From Acuticoccus yangtzensis (lineage in GTDB: Bacteria > Pseudomonadota > Alphaproteobacteria > Rhizobiales > Amorphaceae): a DNA stretch of 32,000 nucleotides. The notes below the pieces were generated by a model. That model saw only the letters and a list, made by a program, of their open reading frames with translations. It made no database searches and was not told where the DNA came from. Positions 26,050-32,000 of the stretch are shown here, piece by piece; position 1 is the stretch's first letter, and each line of letters begins with the position of its first letter. The DNA lies in assembly GCF_001927245.1 (NCBI RefSeq), contig NZ_MJUX01000014.1, positions 1 to 32,000 of the forward strand. Reading direction: 5' to 3'. The translations under genes and the position numbers were made by a program.

Positions 26050-26065
26050 CAACTGTGTAGTCGGC

Positions 26066-26989
26066 TCACGCTGCGAGCGGCGTTCCGCTGCGCAGCATGG
26101 CGTTGATGATGACGAAGAGTTGGCGTGCGACGGCGATGAGGATCGTCTTTGGCGCCTTCCCTTTCTCGCGCATTCGATCGCGCATGGCAGTGAGGCTCGG
26201 GATGCGTCGCGATGCCGTGAGGGCTGCGATGTAGAGCGCCTCACGGACCTTGCGACGACCGCCCCAGATGCGGCGAGCTCCGCGCCAAGTGCCGCTCTCC
26301 CGGGCATGTGGGGCGAGGCCGGCGAGAGAGGCGATGCGTCGCCGGTCGAGGGTGCCGAGCTCGGGAATCTCGCCGAGAAGGGTGGCGAGGACCGTTGGAC
26401 CGATGCCGGGTACGGCGCGCAGAAGCCGGGCTTGAGAAGAGAGCGTCAGGTCCTCCTCGATGAGGCGCGCGATGACTCGATCGAGTTCGGCGATCTGGCG
26501 GGTGAGGAGGTCGATCATCGCCTCGATCTGGAAGGCGATCTCGTCCTGCCCGGCGTTGTGGCGGCGCGTCTTCTCGGCTTTACGGATATCGACCAACTGT
26601 CTGCGACGCCTGAGGAAATCGGAAAGACGGCTGCGCGCCGGGCTACTTGGGCGGGTGATGGGAAGGTCCAGGACCGAACCCATATGCGCCAGCACCCGGG
26701 CATCGACGCGATCGGTCTTGGCGAGGACGCCGGTGGCTCTGGCGAACTCGCGGGCCTGACGTGGAGCGGTTCGCGAGAAGGCGAGGCCTCGTTCGGCGAG
26801 GGCGGCGATGAGAGGGCCGTCGCAGCCGCTGGTCGCCTCGAATACGACGAGGACGTCCGGCTCGAGCGAAAGGGCCCAAGCGGCGATCGCCTCCGGGTCG
26901 TTGGCGACCTGCGTCGAGGTGGCGTTCGGCAGGGTGTGGAGGTCGATGACGGCGCGCGAGAGGTCGCAGCCGATGACGGTGCGTGGCAT
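26066..26989 (-). CDS. IS110-family (DEDD) transposase/recombinase, copy B (distant from copy A)
   Basis: 'MPRTVIGCDLSRAVIDLH...VFEATSGCDGPL...KTDRVDARVLA...AVPGIGPTVLATLL...LAGLAPHARESGTWRG' are family motifs. The likely start is ATG 26989. Confidence 0.9.
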   Translation of the reverse strand: MPRTVIGCDLSRAVIDLHTLPNATSTQVANDPEAIAAWALSLEPDVLVVFEATSGCDGPLIAALAERGLAFSRTAPRQAREFARATGVLAKTDRVDARVLAHMGSVLDLPITRPSSPARSRLSDFLRRRRQLVDIRKAEKTRRHNAGQDEIAFQIEAMIDLLTRQIAELDRVIARLIEEDLTLSSQARLLRAVPGIGPTVLATLLGEIPELGTLDRRRIASLAGLAPHARESGTWRGARRIWGGRRKVREALYIAALTASRRIPSLTAMRDRMREKGKAPKTILIAVARQLFVIINAMLRSGTPLAA

Positions 26990-27080
26990 GGTCGGGGTCC
27001 TGTCCATGTCGTGCGGGATCGGGGTCCCAAGCAACTGTTCAGGGTTCAAGAGCGACGCGGAAGGGACCCATGCTCCCTAA

Positions 27081-27775
27081 CGGGTTCGAGGGCCCTCGGG
27101 GGGACGGGCTCCCTTCCGCAACTCCGAAGCTATCACCTCGCTGACAGACAGAGGGGGGCGATGGTCCGATCTGCCGGTACGCTACGGTAAGGTCTCGACC
27201 ATTAAGAGCCTTTACTACCGCTGGGCCAGATTGGCGTGCTCGACCGGCTTCTCGATGCGTTCGCGGCGGAGGCCGACACGGAGTGGGACGCCGTAGACTC
27301 CACGACTATCGAGGCCCATCCCCAAGCGGCGGGCACGTCGCATAAAAAGGGCGGGCATGAAGCTGGCGGCCTGGGCCAGTCCCGCGGCGGGCATATTTCG
27401 AAGTTGCACGTCGCTGCCGATGCGCTCGAGCTGCCGCTCAGGATTATCGTCTCGCCGGGGCACCGCGGCGATATGCTGTTCGGGGGTGACCTGATTGCGG
27501 GGCTTACAACACAGGCCGTCCCTGCCGATCGGGCTTACGACGCCAACCACTTCCGCCTGGCGTTCGCCTACGAGGGCGCGGAGGCGGTCATCCCCTCACG
27601 GCCCGACCGGCCAAGCCTGCCGTGCGACGTCCGGCTCCTATCGAAGCGCAATCTGGTCGAACGGCTCATCAATCGCCAGAAGCAGTTCCGCCGGGTCGCG
27701 ACGCGCTAAGACCGTCTCGCCGCGAACTATCGCGGCTTCGTGCTGGTTGCCGCGATCTGCCTCTGGCTGGCTTAA
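27081..27775 (+). pseudogene. IS5-family (IS427/IS1031-like) transposase remnant: lacks its first ~25-30 codons, one frame break, one nonsense codon
   Basis: My translation of 27081-27230 gives '...GGRAPFRNSEAITSLTDRGGRWSDLPVRYGKVSTIKSLYYRWAR'. The frame changes near 27228 into 'GVLDRLLDAF...DSTTIEAHPQAAGTSHKKGG...GQSRGGHISKLH...ADRAYDAN...RNLVERLINRQKQFRRVATR'. TAA at 27707-27709 sits where Tyr is expected, followed by 'DRLAANYRGFVLVAAICLWLA' to 27775. Confidence 0.75.
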
Positions 27776-27824
27776 CGGTAAAAATGCGACCAATGCCTGA
27801 TTGATCTTATCTCGGGATCGATTG

Positions 27825-27850
27825 AAAAGGGAGCCTCGAGGCTCCCTTTT
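27825..27850. terminator. Bidirectional rho-independent terminator (cspA 3' end)
   Basis: AAAA-GGGAGCCTCGAGGCTCCC-TTTT: a perfect 18-nt GC-rich palindrome flanked by an A-run and a T-run. It lies 4 nt past the cspA stop on the minus strand. Confidence 0.75.
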
Positions 27851-27854
27851 CGGA

Positions 27855-28064
27855 TCAGTCGACGAGCTGCAGATTCGCGGCCGACTCCCGTCCGTCACGG
27901 CCCCTTTCGATATCGAACGTCACCTTCTGACCTTCGCCGACGCTGCTGAGGCCAGCTCGCTCGACAGCGGAGATATGCAGGAAGATGTCTCGGGAACCGG
28001 ACTCCGGCTGGATGAAGCCGAAGCCCTTCTGAGAATTGAACCACTTCACGGTGCCGTTGGCCAT
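27855..28064 (-). CDS. cspA: Cold-shock protein CspA family (69 aa)
   Basis: 'MANGTVKWFNSQKGFGFIQPESGSRDIFLHISAV' carries the RNP1/RNP2 motifs. GGAGG lies 6 nt upstream of ATG 28064. The longer track ORF (to 28178) is rejected. Confidence 0.95.
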   Translation of the reverse strand: MANGTVKWFNSQKGFGFIQPESGSRDIFLHISAVERAGLSSVGEGQKVTFDIERGRDGRESAANLQLVD

Positions 28065-28463
28065 CGTGGCCTCCATCGGAAAGTGCTGCCCGCGACATGC
28101 GGCAGCCTGGCTGCAGTCAGAGCAAAAATCGGGACTGAAGCCGGATGGAGACAGTTTTCGACTATGGTAACCTAGCAATCTTTCATATACGGTGGGCGGT
28201 CGATGATCGCAAGATGCGTTTTATTTGAGGGAAGGACCGGAAAACTGCGCTGAATCTCGTTCAGCGCCCGCCCGTATGCCATAAAAGTGCTCCTATTAAT
28301 AGACGGCATTGAGTTCCGCTTTTCAGGCCCTACATATGAGTGTGCACGACTAGCTATCGAAGGCGTGCCACTTTTCTCGAAATCGTCCTGATCGTCCGCG
28401 AGGCTGACCGTTCGGCCGCGCGCTCAGAGGCTGCGTCCGAAGCGGCAGAACAAAGGAAGTCGT

Positions 28464-28634
28464 ATGGCCAAGGGCCAGAAGCGAACAGATGCGACCCCAA
28501 AATCCAGCAATGACGTCGCCAGGAAAGCTAAGAAGGCGGCGGGCCCGAAGTATCTTCGAGATGCCATGACCACCAGCCCCAACGCCACCGCGCTGACGGC
28601 GAAGGGCAAGGCACCACGCGGGAGCAAGGCATGA
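28464..28634 (+). CDS. Candidate 56-aa Lys-rich upstream ORF (below the ORF-track cutoff), coupled to the 97-aa paralog
   Basis: AAGGAAG lies 4 nt before ATG 28464. My translation is MAKGQKRTDATPKSSNDVARKAKKAAGPKYLRDAMTTSPNATALTAKGKAPRGSKA. Its TGA 28632-28634 overlaps ATG 28631 (ATGA). Confidence 0.35.
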   Translation: MAKGQKRTDATPKSSNDVARKAKKAAGPKYLRDAMTTSPNATALTAKGKAPRGSKA

Positions 28635-28924
28635 GCGGCGATCGGCGAACCGATCCGGCGGATGTCATGTGTGAAGCCGATTTCGGTTTGCCTGCAGACC
28701 TCTTTGTTTCTCGCCGCGCCAATTCGAAGCGTGGCGGCTTGCATTATCACAGATTTTCGACCGCCGCCGAGGCTATCGAGTTTGCTATCCATAACTATTC
28801 ATCCGCTCGCTCCGATGATATTGTCATGTCCGTCGACAACAAACGATTCAATTTCGCTGCTGTGAAGGTCATGCACCGTCGCACTTACGATCCTGTTAGG
28901 GCGGCCGATGCGGATTTGTCTTGA
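28631..28924 (+). CDS. Uncharacterised 97-aa protein, paralog of 17935..18228
   Basis: It has the same length and the same conserved core ('LFVSRRANSKRGGLHYHRFSTAAEAIEFAIHNYSSARSDDIVMSVDNKRFNF'). It occupies the same position in the cassette. Confidence 0.65.
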   Translation: MSGDRRTDPADVMCEADFGLPADLFVSRRANSKRGGLHYHRFSTAAEAIEFAIHNYSSARSDDIVMSVDNKRFNFAAVKVMHRRTYDPVRAADADLS

Positions 28925-29034
28925 AGAACGCGACCTGCGTCACGGTCGGTTCGAGAGAAACACATGGTTTGGCTCGAGAAACGGCGGCGACTCGCGGGCC
29001 GCGTCCGATAAGCGGCGGACCGGCTCACGACGAT

Positions 29035-29368
29035 TTGCGGGCGCTTGGCCTAGCGCGGAAGATGTACCGACACCCGACGTTCGGCGAAGCCTGTTCGAGG
29101 TCGTAGCCTCGCATTGCGATCTTCCCGCAGTCCTGCGATGGTCATAGCGAACATCGGCATTCATCACGTCCGCCAACTGTCGCGTCGCATTCCGCACTAT
29201 CGATTGCCGCAGGTCCTACGCGATTCTCCGCGGCGTCGGGACGTGAGCCGCCTGACATCTCTCTCCGTCGAGACCACGCGGTGTTGTGACGATCGAGGAG
29301 CCGGTTCTCCACCGGCGATCCTGCATTTGACGGTGATTGCCTCCGACAAAAAGGATCGTTCTTTATGA
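29035..29368 (+). pseudogene. Fatty-acid desaturase remnant (internal deletion of ~750 bp, frameshifts, stops)
   Basis: Pieces matching copy 1 lie in different frames. 'LARKMYRHPT' and 'PDVRRSLFEVVAS' match 'LGREMRAYTVPDRKRSLFELTAS'. 'LRW/VIANIGIHHVRQLSRRIPHYRLPQVLRD' matches 'LRWITANIGIHHVHHLSSRIPHYRLADVLRD'. His boxes 1 and 2 are missing and box 3 is mutated (HHVRQ). The terminal ATGA overlap with the next gene is retained. Confidence 0.72.
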
Positions 29369-30159
29369 GAAGCCTGCGCCGAGTGAGCTGGGCTTCCACC
29401 TGGCCAATTGCGATTGCGGTCGCTCTTACCTGCTTCGCCCTCGCCGCGAGCGCCTGGGCGCAGCACGGCGGTCAGCAAAGGCCTGGCATGCTCGCGGATA
29501 GTGTTGCCCCTCCTTGCACCGCGGGGTTCCGGCCTGACCCTTCGGGCGAGACGTGTACTGCGATCGTCGTCCCCGAAAACGCGTTCGCCACGAATCGTGA
29601 ATATGGCGAAGGGTGGGAGTGCAAGCACGGCCACGAAGCGTCAACCTCAAGCGATACGTGCGTCGCGATCGACATACCGGACAATGCATACCTCACCGAG
29701 CGCGGCGATCGGTGGGAGTGCGACCGCCGGTTCATCCGCGCGGACGGCAAGTGCCTGCCGATCGCGGTCCCAAAGAACGGTTACCTCACAGGCAACACCT
29801 ACGACGGTGGATGGGACTGTGCGCGCGGATACCGCAGGGACGACGGCACGTGCGTCGCGGTCGTCGTGCCGGAGTTCGGGTACCCCACAAACACTAGCTA
29901 TGGCAGAGGCTGGGAATGCGACCGTGGCTACCGTGAAGTCGGCGGCGCATGCGTCGCGATCCGCGTGCCCGAGAACGCCTATCTCACCGACCGCTCCTAC
30001 GGACGGGGGTGGACATGTGAGCGCGGATACAGCGAGACGACCGACGCGTGCGAAGCGATTGTCCTGCCCGAGAACGCACATCTCGACCACTTTGGCGCCC
30101 GTTGGACCTGCGATCGCGGCTTCGAAAGGCGCGGCGCCTCCTGTCTCCTGCGCGACTGA
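29365..30159 (+). CDS. Exported cysteine-rich tandem-repeat protein (264 aa), paralog of 19471..20259
   Basis: The signal peptide is 'MRSLRRVSWASTWPIAIAVALTCFALAASAWA/QH'. It has the same ~32-aa two-Cys repeat (for example YGRGWECDRGYREVGGACVAIRVPENAYL). The ORF is intact. Confidence 0.8.
   Translation: MRSLRRVSWASTWPIAIAVALTCFALAASAWAQHGGQQRPGMLADSVAPPCTAGFRPDPSGETCTAIVVPENAFATNREYGEGWECKHGHEASTSSDTCVAIDIPDNAYLTERGDRWECDRRFIRADGKCLPIAVPKNGYLTGNTYDGGWDCARGYRRDDGTCVAVVVPEFGYPTNTSYGRGWECDRGYREVGGACVAIRVPENAYLTDRSYGRGWTCERGYSETTDACEAIVLPENAHLDHFGARWTCDRGFERRGASCLLRD
29509..30156 (+). repeat. Coding tandem repeat of the same ~32-aa two-Cys unit (copy 2)
   Basis: Units read from the translation include YGEGWECKHGH..., GDRWECDRRF..., YDGGWDCARGY..., YGRGWECDRGY..., YGRGWTCERGY... 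and GARWTCDRGF... Confidence 0.85.
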
Positions 30160-30262
30160 ATTGGGCGTGTCCGCGAGCGTGACACCCAGATCGACCCTTT
30201 GACCTCGATCCCGTTCCGTAGCAAGAACGACGTCTGCGGTCCGGTTCCGATATCCTCGCGCC

Positions 30263-31696
30263 GTGGAAATCGGAGCGTTCGTGGTCGATATTGCAGAAGT
30301 TCTTCGAGAGATCGAGGCGACGGAGATCGTCGCGACCCTTCGCGAGGGACTATTAATCCTGACCGAGGAGCTTGTCGTCGAGTACGCGAGTCCCGGCTTC
30401 GTCCGCACATTTGCGGTTGACCACGCCGCGACCCTCGGCCGGCACCTGGCCGACCTTGGCAACGGCCAGTGGAACGTTGCCGAACTCCTGCGGGTCCTCG
30501 AACAGATCGTCGGCGGCGGACCAGAAGTCGAGGGTTTCGAGGTCGAGCACACCTTCGAGCAGCTCGGCCGGCGCGTCATGCACATCAATGCTCGCAAGAC
30601 AGTGCGGCCCGGCAATGGCTCGCGCCGCATCCTGATGGTGGTGTCCGACGTTACTGATGCCGTTGATGCGGCGCGGGAAGTCGACCGGCAAAGGCGCCTC
30701 GCGCAGGGCATCGTGGACACGCTGCGCGAGCCTCTGTTGGTACTGGACGCGGGTCTCGGCGTCGTCGAGGCGAGCCGCGCCTTCTATCGCACGTTCGCAG
30801 TGGACGATGACCAGACGATCGGTCGCCCGCTTGCGGCCCTCGGCAACGGCCAGTGGGCGATCCCCGAACTCATCGAGCTTCTGACCGACGTCATCCCCGA
30901 CAACACGACGATCGAGGACTTCGAGGTCCGCCACGTCTTCCCGCAGATCGGAGAGAAGGCGATCCTTCTCAACGCCCGCAAAGTGTACCGCGAGGGTAAC
31001 CACAGCGCGACGCTGCTCCTCGCCATGGAGGACGTGACGGAGCGCCGTCGGCTCGAGGCCGAGCGGGCGGCGGCGGCCGGTCGGGCGGAGCGACTGCTCG
31101 AAGAGTTGAACCACCGCGTGATGAACAGCCTGTCGACGATCAGCTCCATCATCTCCTTTGAGGGCCGAACCCTCGCCGATGAGGAATGCCGAACCGCGTT
31201 CGAGCGGATGCGCAGGCGGATCTTCTCCGTTGGTACCCTCTACCGGGCGCTGACCAAGTCGGGCTCGGTGGATACGGTGGACGCGAACGCGTACCTCTCG
31301 TCGGTCGCGCGAGACATTGCCGCTTCGATGTCGGGGCGCAGCGAAGCGGTCAGGCTCGAGCTTGATCTGGAAGCGATTGAGCTTTCGACGCAGCTCGCCG
31401 TGCCGATCGCACTCATTGTGAATGAGCTCTTCACCAACAGCCTCAAATATGCGTACGGGGATGGTCGCTATGGCATTCTCGGCCTGTCCCTGAAGATGGC
31501 GGATGAGCGGACCATGGTGCTCACGATCTGGGACGATGGACCTGGCATAAATCCCACCGCGCGGGTCGATTCGGGGCTTGGACAGCGTCTCGTCGAGGCG
31601 TTCCTCACGCAGCTCGGCGCGACCATGAAACGGGAGAGCGACGCTTCAGGCACGCGCTTCTACATCGCCATCCCGTACGAGAATGATAGCACATAG
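30263..31696 (+). CDS. PAS-PAS sensor histidine kinase, HWE/HisKA_2 type
   Basis: There are two similar PAS-like modules ('...FYRTFAVDDDQTIGRPLAALGNGQWAIPELIELL...EDFEVRHVFPQIGEKAILLNARKV...LLLAMEDVTERRRLE'). The H-box is 'ELNHRVMNSLSTI' and the ATPase region is 'NELFTNSLKYAY...GLGQRLV'. The start is uncertain (GTG 30263). Confidence 0.85.
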   Translation: MEIGAFVVDIAEVLREIEATEIVATLREGLLILTEELVVEYASPGFVRTFAVDHAATLGRHLADLGNGQWNVAELLRVLEQIVGGGPEVEGFEVEHTFEQLGRRVMHINARKTVRPGNGSRRILMVVSDVTDAVDAAREVDRQRRLAQGIVDTLREPLLVLDAGLGVVEASRAFYRTFAVDDDQTIGRPLAALGNGQWAIPELIELLTDVIPDNTTIEDFEVRHVFPQIGEKAILLNARKVYREGNHSATLLLAMEDVTERRRLEAERAAAAGRAERLLEELNHRVMNSLSTISSIISFEGRTLADEECRTAFERMRRRIFSVGTLYRALTKSGSVDTVDANAYLSSVARDIAASMSGRSEAVRLELDLEAIELSTQLAVPIALIVNELFTNSLKYAYGDGRYGILGLSLKMADERTMVLTIWDDGPGINPTARVDSGLGQRLVEAFLTQLGATMKRESDASGTRFYIAIPYENDST

Positions 31697-32000
31697 GAAC
31701 TGGCGTCAGCGGCCCGCCATAAAAGAGGCTGTTCTGCATGAACACGAGGTGGAGAATGTTGGCTCCCAGACCCTCTCCCTCCGCCAGACCCAAGCGAGAG
31801 GATCTGGGGTCGAACTGTTCTCCATTGGCGTCAGTCGCGCTGGTGACCGCTCTGAAGTTGTTCCCGCTCGCTGATTTGCCTGCATGCTTTGCTCTGACGA
31901 ATGGGGCAGCGGCGGGTTGATGCGGTACGACGAACCAGAGCTGACGAGACTGCGAGTTGATACTGCGGCCGCACGCCTCGAGTTCGCGCTCGTCAAGGCA

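Noticed and set aside
25837-26307. A minus-strand ORF fragment '...GLHIKLVGLARIAPDVMPALAAATIGSITVLGSLQVS' in the IS110 spacer that looks mildly protein-like
   Set aside because: It runs across the copy-B stop codon and the G11 tract, and it has no start context or recognisable family. I treated it as non-coding IS end sequence.
27059-27117. A long-range complementarity GGAAGGGA...TCCCTTCC first read as a structured 5' leader or bridge RNA of IS110 copy B
   Set aside because: Translating this stretch shows it is part of the IS5/IS427-like transposase remnant ('GGRAPFRNSEAITSLTDRGGRWSDLP...'), so it is not IS110 end sequence.
28230-28260. GGAAAAC-N12-CGTT upstream of cassette copy 2 as an EcfG-type general-stress promoter (GGAAC-N16/17-CGTT)
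   Set aside because: Both the -35-like element and the spacer length deviate from the consensus.
28424-28792. A minus-strand 122-aa ORF with a hydrophobic stretch overlapping the 56-aa ORF and the start of the 97-aa paralog
   Set aside because: The plus-strand 97-aa ORF is supported by a same-length paralog at 17935..18228. The minus-strand ORF has no counterpart at copy 1 and no RBS.
1-32000. CRISPR arrays, rRNA and tRNA genes
   Set aside because: No regularly spaced direct repeats, no rRNA-like conserved blocks and no cloverleaf-like segment were seen. In particular, 11702-12104, just after the phage lysis genes where an att/tRNA site might sit, showed none. A tRNAscan or Infernal run would be needed to exclude small RNAs.
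31920-32000. A possible gene start ATG 31920 (MRYDEPELTRLRVDTAAARLEFALVKA...) running off the window
   Set aside because: Only 27 codons are visible, with no clear RBS and no recognisable motif. That is too little evidence to annotate.

Overview
GC-rich, alphaproteobacterial-looking DNA (RcGTA-type tail genes, an HWE-type kinase, a mix of IS481/IS630/IS66/IS110/IS5 elements).

(i) 1-11.7 kb, + strand: the distal half of a siphovirus-type prophage or GTA-like structural operon. It holds a tail-chaperone pair with a candidate -1 frameshift site, a 725-aa tape measure, a DUF2460 distal-tail protein and a DUF2163 hub. Next come an unexpected DnaA-domain-IV-like ORF, an NlpC/P60 peptidase, a 1319-aa host-specificity 'megatron' protein and a DUF2793/C1q-like fibre. 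A lysis cassette follows: a small membrane protein, a TIGR02594-type hydrolase with a C-terminal TM, and an overlapped spanin-like pair. Most gene junctions, and every one from the chaperone pair through the megatron gene, are short (1-8 nt) start/stop overlaps.

(ii) 12-21.9 kb: small hypotheticals, then a CPA1 Na+/H+ antiporter destroyed by an IS481-family insertion (TCTAGA duplication) plus two frame breaks. After that come a divergent pair of transglutaminase-like genes, a cassette (tiny ORF / 97-aa protein / membrane fatty-acid desaturase / exported Cys-repeat protein) and an AI-2E transporter.

(iii) 22-27.8 kb: an IS pile-up. It contains an IS630 with a split transposase next to a PHB-depolymerase-type esterase remnant, an IS66 3' remnant, two tandem IS110-family genes separated by a spacer with a G11 run, and an IS5/IS427-like remnant.

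(iv) 27.8-32 kb: cspA with a palindromic terminator, then a second, diverged copy of the cassette. In this copy the desaturase is reduced to a ~330-bp wreck but both neighbours are intact. A PAS-PAS-HWE histidine kinase follows.

The two most interesting items are the duplicated desaturase-associated cassette, with its uncharacterised ~32-aa two-Cys tandem-repeat exported protein, and the DnaA-like HTH gene embedded in the tail operon.

No rRNA, tRNA or CRISPR array was seen. All family assignments come from motif recognition by eye, not database searches. Several single-nt frame breaks could be sequencing errors rather than biology.
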